64,000 nt of DNA from NCBI GenBank assembly GCA_965218795.1, contig OZ244653.1, positions 4,928,001 to 4,992,000 of the forward strand. Direction: 5' to 3'. The stretch is from a bacterium (GTDB lineage: Bacteria; UBA8248; JACPRG01; G963555815). The position numbers and the translations under genes are program-made. A model generated the notes under the pieces. The model saw only the letters and a list, made by a program, of their open reading frames with translations, did not search any database and was not told the DNA's origin. Every line of letters begins with the position of its first letter. The first letter of the stretch is position 1. Below, one piece after another: positions 49,574-59,216 of this stretch.

Positions 49574-52360
49574 ATGGCGGAAGAAGGGCGGGCAATGGTC
49601 AGCAAATCCGAAAAGAAAGCCCGGAATGGGCGCTTAGTGGCTTCTGAAAGAGGGACAGGACTGAAAATCGCCCGTTATTTCACCGATCCCGCCATCCATC
49701 CATACGATGCGATCGAAGGAGGTTGGGGCCATCGAACCGCGGTCATCTACGACGAAAAAGGAGAGGAAATCTTCCGTCAGGATGATGTCGAGGTTCCTAA
49801 TTCCTGGTCCGAGTTATCGCTCAACGTAGTCGTATCGAAATACTTCAAGAAATCGAAAATTCCGGAAGAACGAGAAAAAAGCGCCAAGGAGATGATCGAC
49901 CGGGTCGCCAAGACCATGGCGGACTGGGGCCGGGAGGACGGGTACTTTGCGACGCCCGTGGATGCCGAAACCTTTGAAGCGGAGCTCACCCATATCTTGA
50001 TCAACCAAATGGCTGCGTTCAACAGTCCGGTTTGGTTCAACGTGGGTCTCGAGCCGAAGCCCCAGTGCTCGGCCTGTTTCATCAACTCCGTCGATGACAG
50101 CATGAATTCCATCCTGAAGCTGGCCCACACCGAAGGGATGCTTTTCAAATACGGGTCGGGAACGGGGACGAACCTCTCCACCATCCGCTCGTCCAAAGAG
50201 GCCCTTTCCAACGGCGGCGAGGCATCGGGCCCGGTGTCCTTCATGCGCGGATACGACGCCTTCGCCGGCGTGATCAAGTCGGGCGGCAAGACCCGAAGAG
50301 CGGCCAAGATGGTCATCCTCAACGTGGACCATCCGGACATCGAGGTGTTCATCAACTGCAAGGCGGATGAAGAGAAGAAGGCGTGGAGCCTGATCGACGC
50401 AGGCTACGACGGCTCGTTCAACGGCGAAGCCTATCAATCCGTTTTCTTCCAGAACAGCAACAACAGCGTCCGTGCGACCGATGAATTCATGCAATCGGTT
50501 CTGGAGGATGGGGATTGGCGGACGCACGCGGTGACCGAGCCTGAGCGTGTGGTCGATCGCTATCGGGCGCGCGAACTGATGGATCGAATTGCCGATGCCG
50601 CCTGGATTTGCGGGGATCCGGGGCTTCAGTTCGATACGACCATCAATGACTGGCACACCTGCCCGGAGACCGACCGGATCTATGCCAGCAACCCGTGCAG
50701 CGAGTACATGTTCCTGGACAACTCGGCCTGTAATCTGGCGTCGCTCAACCTGATGAAGTTTCGCGATGCGGAAGGGAACTTCGACGTCGATGCCTACCTG
50801 CACGCCGTCCGCGTGATCATCACGGCCCAGGAAATAATTGTCGACCGCGCCGGCTACCCGAGCCCTTCCATCGAGCGGAACAGTCACGACTACCGACCGC
50901 TCGGTCTCGGATACGCCAACCTGGGGGCCCTGCTGCTGGCCGAAGGCATCCCCTACGACAGTCCGGCCGCCCGGGCTTGGGCGGGCGCATTGGCCGCCAT
51001 CATGACCGGAGAGGCCTACCGCATGTCGGCTGAAATCGCCGAACACACCGGGCCCTTCCCGGGATATCCGGATAACGCGAAGTCCATGCTTCGTGTGATG
51101 CGGAAGCATCAGGCGGCCGTCGATGATATCGAGCATGACTATCTGCCGGCCGATATTTCTGCGGCCGCCCACAGGGTCTGGAGCGATGCCGTGACGCTGG
51201 GGGGAGTGAACGGCTACCGCAATGCGCAGGCCACCGTCATCGCGCCGACCGGCACGATCGCTTTCCTGATGGACTGCGACACCACGGGGGTCGAGCCTGA
51301 CATCGCGCTCATCAAGTACAAGAAGCTGGTGGGCGGGGGCCTCTTCAAGATCGTCAATCAGACGGTCCCCGAGTCCCTCCAGAAACTGGGCTATTCGAAA
51401 GAGCAGTCCAGCCGAATCGTGGAGTACATCGACGAGAATGACACCATCGAAGGGGCGCCGGACCTGAAGGAGGAGCACCTACCGGTCTTCGACTGCGCCT
51501 TCAAACCGGCCAAGGGCATCCGCGCCATCCACTACATGGGACACGTGCGGATGATGGCCGCAGTCCAGCCATTCATCTCCGGGGCCATCAGCAAGACGGT
51601 CAACATGCCGCACGAAGCGACGCCGGAAGAAATCTCCCGCACCTACATCGACTCTTGGAAGCTGGGGCTCAAGGCCATCGCGGTCTATCGGGACGGCTGC
51701 AAGCGCACACAGCCGCTCAATACCTCGAGGGATGAGGTCAAGGAGGCCAAAGAGGAGATCGAAGCGGCGGAAGCGCGCGGTCTGGTGCGCCGCCGCCTGC
51801 CGGACGAGCGGAAGTCGCTGACTCATAAGTTCAGTGTGGGAGGACACGAGGGATACATCACCGTCGGTATGTACGACGACGGGAAACCCGGTGAGATATT
51901 CATCACCATGGCAAAGGAAGGCTCGGTCATCTCGGGCCTGATGGATACGATCGCCACGGTGACCTCCATTGCTTTGCAATACGGCGTTCCGGTTCAGGTG
52001 TTGGTAGACAAGTTCAGCCATACGCGGTTCGAGCCGTCCGGGTACACGAACAATCCCGAAATCCGTCACGCGAAGAGTCTGATGGATTACCTCTTCCGCT
52101 GGATCGGGCTGAAATTCCCGGACCAGGACGAGGCGGCCGATGCCGGCACGGCCGTCGCAACCGTAGAGGTCACGAACGGAGCGCCCGCTGCGGAGTCGCC
52201 CGTCACCGATAACCAGGCCGCAACTCTGGAAGAAGCGGAGAAGGCCATTTTCCAGGCCCAGGCCGACGCGCCTCCATGCCACGCCTGCGGCAGCAGTATG
52301 GTCCGCAGCGGCTCCTGCTACCGCTGCCTCAACTGCGGCGAAACGAGCGGGTGTAGCTGA
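49574..52360 (+). CDS. nrdJ: Vitamin B12-dependent class II ribonucleotide reductase
   Basis: FNSPVWFN, PQCSACFI, GGKTRRAAKM, SNPCSEY, ACNLAS, APTGTI, GAISKTVN, YRDG, TSCPD domain, C-terminal CxxC...CxxC. Confidence 0.96.
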   Translation: MAEEGRAMVSKSEKKARNGRLVASERGTGLKIARYFTDPAIHPYDAIEGGWGHRTAVIYDEKGEEIFRQDDVEVPNSWSELSLNVVVSKYFKKSKIPEEREKSAKEMIDRVAKTMADWGREDGYFATPVDAETFEAELTHILINQMAAFNSPVWFNVGLEPKPQCSACFINSVDDSMNSILKLAHTEGMLFKYGSGTGTNLSTIRSSKEALSNGGEASGPVSFMRGYDAFAGVIKSGGKTRRAAKMVILNVDHPDIEVFINCKADEEKKAWSLIDAGYDGSFNGEAYQSVFFQNSNNSVRATDEFMQSVLEDGDWRTHAVTEPERVVDRYRARELMDRIADAAWICGDPGLQFDTTINDWHTCPETDRIYASNPCSEYMFLDNSACNLASLNLMKFRDAEGNFDVDAYLHAVRVIITAQEIIVDRAGYPSPSIERNSHDYRPLGLGYANLGALLLAEGIPYDSPAARAWAGALAAIMTGEAYRMSAEIAEHTGPFPGYPDNAKSMLRVMRKHQAAVDDIEHDYLPADISAAAHRVWSDAVTLGGVNGYRNAQATVIAPTGTIAFLMDCDTTGVEPDIALIKYKKLVGGGLFKIVNQTVPESLQKLGYSKEQSSRIVEYIDENDTIEGAPDLKEEHLPVFDCAFKPAKGIRAIHYMGHVRMMAAVQPFISGAISKTVNMPHEATPEEISRTYIDSWKLGLKAIAVYRDGCKRTQPLNTSRDEVKEAKEEIEAAEARGLVRRRLPDERKSLTHKFSVGGHEGYITVGMYDDGKPGEIFITMAKEGSVISGLMDTIATVTSIALQYGVPVQVLVDKFSHTRFEPSGYTNNPEIRHAKSLMDYLFRWIGLKFPDQDEAADAGTAVATVEVTNGAPAAESPVTDNQAATLEEAEKAIFQAQADAPPCHACGSSMVRSGSCYRCLNCGETSGCS

Positions 52361-52368
52361 AAAGATTG

Positions 52369-52560
52369 GGGGGACATTTTGAAAACTGTCCCCCCCATCC
52401 CCCCTCGAAAACTTTCATTTCGCGCAATCGGGGCGGCCCCCTTCCAGGGCCGCCCCGATTGCGCAAGAAGCTGGTCATCATACCGGAGCCATCTACTCGC
52501 TGGCAGGTTGTGCCCGAGGCATGACCGTCAAAAAGTTTTTCGGGGGGTTCCAAGAGGGGG
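52369..52560. repeat. Composite palindromic element / bidirectional terminator between convergent genes
   Basis: Perfect 18-bp stem 52422-52439/52447-52464; GGGGGACA...TGTCCCCC hairpin; AAAACTTT...AAAGTTTT inverted pair. Confidence 0.65.
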
Positions 52561-52692
52561 CGCAGTTTCGGAATCCTGCACTGACGTGCCCGTAAAGAAA
52601 GCTGTCAAATGGCCGTGCGCCAGAGGTGATTGAGATGGAGACACTCGACCGCTCAATTGCGGCACGCAAGTGACCAAAAAAGTCCCTCCTGG

Positions 52693-53505
52693 TTAGAGAG
52701 TCCAGCCCTTCCGTTTTCGTCCTTTTGGGGGTGGCAACGGCGCTTTGAGAGCCCGTTCGACCTCATCTCCCAGGCTTTTCCAGATTCGTTTCACCGTCTG
52801 GGCGAAGCGCGGATCGGCCATGGAATCGAAAGAGCGGGGTCTCTTGAGGGGAATATCGATGACGTCCAGAACCCGGCCCGGGCTGGAGGAGAACACCGCG
52901 ATCTTGTCGCACAGGAGGACGGCCTCCTCCAGGTTGTGGGTCACATAGACGAAGGTCTTCTTCTCTTTCTCCCAAAGCTGTTCCAGTTCCTGCCGCATGA
53001 TGACCCGGGCCTGGGGGTCGATTTGGGCCAGCGGTTCATCCAGAAGGATAACGTTCGCGTCTGTTGCCAGCGCGCGGCCGACCCCCGCCCGTTGCTTCAT
53101 TCCGCCGGAAAGCTGCCAGGGATACAGGTGCTCGGTCCCTTGGAGGCGGACCTTCCCCAGAAAAAAGTCCGCGATGCGCTTGTAGACCGGCTTGGTTTCT
53201 CCCTTGACCTCCGGCCCCAGGCCCACGTTACCTCTGGTGTACCGCCACGGCATCAGCGCGAAATTCTGGAAGACCATGGCCGTGGGCGTATCGGTCTTCC
53301 GTTCTCCGATGAACTCGATGGTGCCGGAGGTGGGCTCTTTGATTTCGGCCAGGAGGTGAAGGAAGGTGGTCTTCCCGCACCCGTTGGGTCCGACGACGCC
53401 GAAAAACAGCCCATCGTCGATCGTGAGGTTCACCCCCTTGAGAGCGACCTTCTCATCGCCCCCGTTCTTGTAGATGTAGACGAGATCGCGAAGCTCGATT
53501 CTCAT
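52693..53505 (-). CDS. NitT/TauT-type ABC ATP-binding protein (no partners adjacent)
   Basis: GPNGCGKT, LSGGMKQR, LLDEP, YVTH. Confidence 0.92.
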   Translation of the reverse strand: MRIELRDLVYIYKNGGDEKVALKGVNLTIDDGLFFGVVGPNGCGKTTFLHLLAEIKEPTSGTIEFIGERKTDTPTAMVFQNFALMPWRYTRGNVGLGPEVKGETKPVYKRIADFFLGKVRLQGTEHLYPWQLSGGMKQRAGVGRALATDANVILLDEPLAQIDPQARVIMRQELEQLWEKEKKTFVYVTHNLEEAVLLCDKIAVFSSSPGRVLDVIDIPLKRPRSFDSMADPRFAQTVKRIWKSLGDEVERALKAPLPPPKGRKRKGWTL

Positions 53506-53604
53506 GGATGCGTCTGGCCCCCGGCAGATAGATGGAATAAGGAAGCCTCTTGAGCGGATCCATCGTCTATAATATACAGACCCGCCCGGCAATCGGCGAA
53601 TCGC

Positions 53605-54636
53605 TTGAACCGTGATCATCGATCCAGCGAAAAATCAGGAGGAGAATCCTTGGCGATTGATTTGCATGCCCATTGTGTTCCCCCGGCCTACTTTCAACTC
53701 TTGAAAGAGGACGCACCCAGATTCAACACAACCTATGGCGAAGATGAAGAGGGCCGGCCCTACGTAGAGCACCCCGGACGGGGAAGGGCGCTGTTCACCC
53801 GGGACTTCTGGGATCCGGAGGCCATTGTGGAGCGGCTGGACCGGTACAGGATTGACCGGCAGGTTCTTTCTCCCCCGCCTCAACTTTTCCATTACGACCT
53901 GGCGCCCGAATTGGGGCTTGAGATTGCCAGGCTTTGGAACGATTCGATGGTCGATTTCACCCAGGCCCATCTCAACCGATTCGGCGCACTGGCGTCCGTT
54001 CCCCTCCAGGACCCGCCGGCAGCGGCCGAAGAACTCCGGCGAGCGGTGAAGGCGAAGGGCCTGTTGGGAGTCGAGATCGGGACAAACATCAACGGGACGT
54101 ATCTGGACAATCCCGCTCTGACGCCATTTTTTGAGGAAGCGTCCGCCCTTGGGGTGCCGGTGCTCGTTCACCCCTGGAATCCGCCGGGGGTGGATCGAAT
54201 GGGCGAGTATGCGTTGTTTGAAGTCGTGGCGTTCCCCCTGGACACCACCATTTGCCTCATTCGCCTGATGTTGAGCGGGACGCTGGACCGGTTTCCAGAC
54301 GTGAAGTTCTGTTTCGTTCACGCCGGGGCCTACGTGCCGACGCTGTTGGGGCGTATCCGCCGCGGGATGGAGGTGTATCCCGAATACTCCAGGAATATGA
54401 AGGCAACCCCGGAGGAATACATGAGGAGGCTGCATTTCGACACCATCATCCTGAGTCCCGCGGCCCTCCGAAACGTCATCTCCATCGTAGGGGTGGACAG
54501 GTTCTTCCTGGGAAGCGATCACCCATTTGGGATCGGGGATCCGGACCCCGTCGGTTCCGTTGAATCGGCCAAGCTTCAACCTGATCAACAAGCCGCCATC
54601 ATGGAGGAAAACGCCAAGCGGCTTTTGGGTGAATAA
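53605..54636 (+). CDS. Amidohydrolase_2 family protein (ACMSD/LigW-like decarboxylase or hydratase)
   Basis: IDLHAH, ARLWND, VPLQDP, VLVHP, HAGA, GSDHPF. Confidence 0.88.
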   Translation: MNRDHRSSEKSGGESLAIDLHAHCVPPAYFQLLKEDAPRFNTTYGEDEEGRPYVEHPGRGRALFTRDFWDPEAIVERLDRYRIDRQVLSPPPQLFHYDLAPELGLEIARLWNDSMVDFTQAHLNRFGALASVPLQDPPAAAEELRRAVKAKGLLGVEIGTNINGTYLDNPALTPFFEEASALGVPVLVHPWNPPGVDRMGEYALFEVVAFPLDTTICLIRLMLSGTLDRFPDVKFCFVHAGAYVPTLLGRIRRGMEVYPEYSRNMKATPEEYMRRLHFDTIILSPAALRNVISIVGVDRFFLGSDHPFGIGDPDPVGSVESAKLQPDQQAAIMEENAKRLLGE

Positions 54637-54678
54637 GCGGCCCGTGAAGAAGTTTGTAAATAACTGTAGGCGGCCAAA

Positions 54679-54728
54679 ATACCGTGGTTATCCGTGGGAT
54701 ACCGTGGGATACCGTGGAATACCGTGGA
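54679..54728 (+). repeat. Five tandem 10-bp repeats
   Basis: ATACCGTGGT TATCCGTGGG ATACCGTGGG ATACCGTGGA ATACCGTGGA. Confidence 0.85.
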
Positions 54729-54999
54729 AAAGTGGCGGTGGGTGCCGTCGGCGCGCTCCGCAATGTGCGCGTGAACGCCTGATCCTGCGGCCCAAAAACC
54801 GACCGTTGCTTTCCTGCCTCAAACGCCTAATAATCGCGTAACAAGCGCCTTTTCCGGGCCAAATGAAAGACATGAGGGGTTTGAACCGCCGTCTTGCCCG
54901 AATGGGCGGACAGGCGCTCCGCTGAGGGTCAGACAGCGCCCTTTGAGGGCCACACAGCGCACCCGGGAGAACACCTGGTCCGCCGGTGCGGCCCCTTTC

Positions 55000-55405
55000 A
55001 ACCATCACTCCCCCCTTGAGGGGGAGTCGGCAAATCAAGGGCTCAGCCTGCGGATTTTCCGGTGGGGGGAGACGGCCGTTCCGCTTCACGCAACGTAGGC
55101 AGCGGCCCTGTTGCCGGACAGGGACGGAAACCCATGCGGCATGACCTCCTGCTCCATCAATCTTCCCCCCCCTTGAGGGGGAGGCGGCAAATCAAGGGCT
55201 CAGCCTGTAGATTTTCCGGTGGGGGGAGAGGCTGTTCGGCTTCACGCAACGTAGGCAGCGGCCCTGTTGCCGGACAGGGACGGGAATCCATGCGGCACAG
55301 CCTCCTGCCCCAACAACCACTCCCCCCTGCCTGTTCGTCAGACAGGCCTTGAGGGGGAGTCGGCAAGACAAGGGCCCAGCCCGCGGATCTTGCCGGTGGG
55401 GGGAA
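55000..55405. repeat. About 2.5 tandem copies of a ~155-bp palindrome-rich unit (REP/BIME-like)
   Basis: CTCCCCCCTTGAGGGGGAG...AAGGGCTCAGCC...CCGGTGGGGGG three times; linker CTTCACGCAACGTAGGCAGCGGCCCTGTTGCCGGACAGGGACGG twice. Confidence 0.85.
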
Positions 55406-55743
55406 ATCGGGGGTTGTCCGCGTGCTTAACACCTCCCCGCATCACGCACAATCGCACCTTGGGTGGGCGATGCCGTCCCGGCCCCGCTGCCCACGACCCG
55501 CCTCGCCTCGGGAAGTCCTTTCGGCTATGATTCGGGTAGCTGACGAGGACCTTTCGGAGAATCTCGATTAGAAAAGAACCCGATTGAATGCGCCCGTCAT
55601 GGAATGAAATCCGCGCCCGCGTCGGACGATACGGCCGAGAATACCTCCCGGATAAGGGAGGCGAGGGGGGTTGCATTCCCTACAAGCAAGACCCTGACTG
55701 AAAAAGCCCGGGAAAACCGCCATGAAGAAGAGGAAAGCCTGAG

Positions 55744-58209
55744 ATGCCGCGGCTGACGGAGCAGGAACAGCGGGAGATCATCCGTTTCATCGAGGCGGAC
55801 AAGCCGCTGCCGGACAAGTACCGCTTTCTGCTCTTCGAGGAGAAGCGCGAGGTCGAGCTCGTCTGGAACGGCAAGACCGGCGAGGTCTGCAACGTGGTGC
55901 TCCCGTTTCAGACCATCGAGCACGTGGATGAACCGCGGGCGGAAACCCCATCCGACTCCTCCTTGTCAGGGGTAGAGCAACTGGCGTTCCTTTCGACGGA
56001 CAGCCGGGGGCGTCAGCTCAAGGGCTGGACCAACAAGCTGATCTGGGGCGACAACAAGATCATTCTGTCGTCACTGAAGAACGGGCCGCTGCGGGAGGAA
56101 ATCGAAAAACAGGGCGGCCTGAAACTGATCTACATCGACCCGCCCTTCGACGTGGGCGCGGATTTTTCGATGGATATCGAAGTGGGGGGCAACCCCCCTG
56201 TCAGGGGGGACAGTTCCGACTCCTCCCCTGATAAGGGGGTTGAGACCTTCACCAAGAAGCCCAACATCCTTGAAGAAATCGCCTACCGCGACACCTGGGG
56301 CAAGGGCGCGGATTCCTTCATCGCCATGATCTACGAGCGGCTGATCCTGATGCGGGATCTCCTGGCCGAGGACGGGAGCATTTATGTGCATTGTGATTGG
56401 CGGGTGAGTGGGTTCCTACGTTTGGTTCTTGAAGAAATATTTGGCAACGATGCTTATAAGAATGAGGTGACTTGGAAGCGAACAAACGCACACAATGAAA
56501 CTGGCCAATATGGTAGGGTTCACGACACAATTCATTTTCTGACCAAAAAATCGGATGGGTATATTTGGCATCCAGACTCTATCCCGTTTTCCGATGAACA
56601 ACTCGACCGCTACAAAAAAGACGCAGATGGTCGCTACTACACCACTCAAGATCTAACCGCACCGCGACCTGGAAGCTCGTCTGGCAAATTTGAATGGCGA
56701 GGAACAACTCCATCTTCTACACGAGGCTGGGGTTACACTAGAGAACAACTAGAGCAATGGTGGTCAGAAGGGCGCATTGCGACTAAACGTGATGGCACAC
56801 CAAGAATGGATGGCTTAATCGTTTATCTTGACGAAAAAGAAGGGCAAGCTCCCCAGTCGATTTGGCAGGATGTTTCCCGTGTAACCAATACAGGAACTGA
56901 GAGGATTGGCTACCCCACCCAAAAACCAGAAGCCTTACTCGAACGCATCATCAAAGCCTCCTCCAACGAAAGCGACTTGGTGGCCGATTTCTTCTGCGGT
57001 TCGGGCACGACGGCCGCGGTGGCGGAGAAGCTGGGGCGCAAGTGGATTGTCAGCGACCTGGGCAAGTTCGGCCTCCACACCACGCGCAAGCGCATGATCG
57101 GCGTGCAGCGGGAACTGAAAAAAGACGGCCAGGACTACCGCGCTTTCGAGATCCTGAATCTGGGCAAGTACGAGCGTCAGCACTACATCGGCGTCAACCC
57201 CGGCCTGCGCGAGGAGCAGAAACAACAGCAGATCGCGGCGAAGGAAGCCGCGTTCCTGGACCTCATCCTGCGCGCCTACCACGCTGGGAAGGTGGAAAAC
57301 TTCGCCGCCTTCCACGGCAAGAAGGCCGGGCGGCTGGTGGCGATTGGCCCGGTGAACCTGCCGGTGACGCGCCTGTTCGTGGAGGAGATCATCCTGGAAT
57401 GCCGGAAGAACCACATCACCAAAGTGGACATCCTCGGCTTCGAGTTCGAGATGGGCCTGTTCCCCAACGTGCTGGACGAGGCGCGGGCCAAGGGCATTGA
57501 CATCGCGCCCAAGTACATCCCCGCCGAGGTCTTCGACAAGCGCGCGGTGGAGAGGAATCAGGTCGTGTTCCACGACGTGGCGTTCATCGAGGTCAAGCCG
57601 CATATTGAATACGCTCCTGATGTCAGGAGAGACATCTCACCCACGGGGGGATCGAGCGAATACCCTCCAGACAGGGGGGGCAAGGGGGGGCTTGCCACAG
57701 TGGCGGTCGAGTTGACGGATTTCTCGGTGTTCTACTCGCAGGACTCCATCGCAAACGCCGAGGCGGCCCTGTCGGCCAACAAGAAGCCAGGCAGCAGGAT
57801 CGTCGTGGAGAAGGGCGAGATCGTGAAGGTGAGCAAGGACAAGGACGGCGTGATGAGCCGCGAGACGTTGACGGAGCACTGGACGAACTGGATCGACTAC
57901 TGGTCGGTGGATTTCGACTTCGAGAGCAAGCGCGAGATCATCCGCGTCCAAAAAGAACTTTCGCCCGATGAGCAAACCACCCTCGAAGGCATGGGTGATG
58001 AACAGCGAAATCTGCCAGTATGGGAAGAACGGTGGACGGGCGACTACATCTTCGAGAACGAGTGGCAGAGCTTTCGCACAAAAAAGGACCGTTCGCTGGA
58101 ACTGACCAGCGCCGCCCATGAGTGCCCGCCCGGACGACGCAAGATAGCGGTGAAGGTCGTGGACATCTTTGGCAACGATACCATGACAATCGTGGAGGTG
58201 GGGGTCTAA
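55744..58209 (+). CDS. mod: Type III R-M methyltransferase subunit (beta-class N6A/N4C)
   Basis: [34 protein letters not shown]-terminal [12 protein letters not shown]. Confidence 0.92.
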   Translation: MPRLTEQEQREIIRFIEADKPLPDKYRFLLFEEKREVELVWNGKTGEVCNVVLPFQTIEHVDEPRAETPSDSSLSGVEQLAFLSTDSRGRQLKGWTNKLIWGDNKIILSSLKNGPLREEIEKQGGLKLIYIDPPFDVGADFSMDIEVGGNPPVRGDSSDSSPDKGVETFTKKPNILEEIAYRDTWGKGADSFIAMIYERLILMRDLLAEDGSIYVHCDWRVSGFLRLVLEEIFGNDAYKNEVTWKRTNAHNETGQYGRVHDTIHFLTKKSDGYIWHPDSIPFSDEQLDRYKKDADGRYYTTQDLTAPRPGSSSGKFEWRGTTPSSTRGWGYTREQLEQWWSEGRIATKRDGTPRMDGLIVYLDEKEGQAPQSIWQDVSRVTNTGTERIGYPTQKPEALLERIIKASSNESDLVADFFCGSGTTAAVAEKLGRKWIVSDLGKFGLHTTRKRMIGVQRELKKDGQDYRAFEILNLGKYERQHYIGVNPGLREEQKQQQIAAKEAAFLDLILRAYHAGKVENFAAFHGKKAGRLVAIGPVNLPVTRLFVEEIILECRKNHITKVDILGFEFEMGLFPNVLDEARAKGIDIAPKYIPAEVFDKRAVERNQVVFHDVAFIEVKPHIEYAPDVRRDISPTGGSSEYPPDRGGKGGLATVAVELTDFSVFYSQDSIANAEAALSANKKPGSRIVVEKGEIVKVSKDKDGVMSRETLTEHWTNWIDYWSVDFDFESKREIIRVQKELSPDEQTTLEGMGDEQRNLPVWEERWTGDYIFENEWQSFRTKKDRSLELTSAAHECPPGRRKIAVKVVDIFGNDTMTIVEVGV

Positions 58210-59213
58210 TGGCACAGGCAGACCTGCTGGTCGAACTCGTCAGAAGCGCCAGTAATGGCGACCAACCGACAATCCGCAAAATTGCAGAAACCCTGATCGA
58301 AGAAGAGCGAAGAAAAGGCCATCGGATACTGGCGGACCGTCTCGCTAAGTCCCTGGTGCCTGACAAAATTGCAATGAACCACGGAGTCAATCCCAGACAG
58401 AACAACGGTCGCAACGGGCAACACAAGGAACTGATTTATGAGATCGTCCCGGAACGCGGGATGAAAAGCCTTGTTCTCCCCGACACAGTCCGGGAACAGA
58501 TCCAGGAACTGGTCGAGGAACAGCACCGCGTCGAATTGCTGCATTCTCACAACCTACGCGCGCGTAACCGAATATTGCTGGCGGGGCCACCCGGCAATGG
58601 CAAGACCACTTTGGCTGAAGCCCTGGCGTTCGAGTTGATGTTTCCCCTGATCGTTGTTCGCTACGAGACCCTGGTGGGAAGTTACCTGGGCGAAACTTCA
58701 GCCCGTCTGAAACACATGTTGGATTATGTCAGAACACAGCGTTGCCTATTGTTTTTTGACGAGTTCGAGACACTCGGTAAGGAACGAGGAGATATCCACG
58801 AAACAGGTGAAATCAAGCGTGTCGTCAGTTCACTGCTACTTCAAATTGACGCTCTCCCGGATTATGTGGTCGTAGTGGCGGCCAGCAACCATCCGGAACT
58901 ACTGGACAGAGCAGTGTGGCGACGGTTTCAGTTACGGCTGGAGCTGCCGACGCCGACCCGAGAGCAACTGACCCGGCATATTGAGGCGATTGCGAATCGG
59001 CACCAAGTACGGTTCGGATACAACTCCGAAACGCTCGCAAACCGTCTGCTGGGATTGAATTACGCGGAAGTGGAGGAATTTTGCCTAGGTGTGGTGCGCC
59101 GTGCTGTGCTGGACAAGAGAGCGGAGAATGCAAAAGCCATCACTAAGCGAAAACTGGAACAGTGGCAACAGAGATTGAAGCCAACTCCGGGCACTGGTGG
59201 CGAGGAGAGGTAA
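58209..59213 (+). CDS. AAA+ ATPase (IetA-like partner of the S8 protease)
   Basis: GPPGNGKT, GSYLGET, LLFFDEFE, HETGEIKRVVSSLL, ASNH, LDRAVWRRF. Confidence 0.92.
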   Translation: MAQADLLVELVRSASNGDQPTIRKIAETLIEEERRKGHRILADRLAKSLVPDKIAMNHGVNPRQNNGRNGQHKELIYEIVPERGMKSLVLPDTVREQIQELVEEQHRVELLHSHNLRARNRILLAGPPGNGKTTLAEALAFELMFPLIVVRYETLVGSYLGETSARLKHMLDYVRTQRCLLFFDEFETLGKERGDIHETGEIKRVVSSLLLQIDALPDYVVVVAASNHPELLDRAVWRRFQLRLELPTPTREQLTRHIEAIANRHQVRFGYNSETLANRLLGLNYAEVEEFCLGVVRRAVLDKRAENAKAITKRKLEQWQQRLKPTPGTGGEER

Positions 59214-59216
59214 ACA

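Noticed and set aside
55000-55405. Possible CRISPR array
   Set aside because: The intervening sequences are themselves near-identical rather than unique spacers, the unit is ~155 bp, and there are no cas genes.
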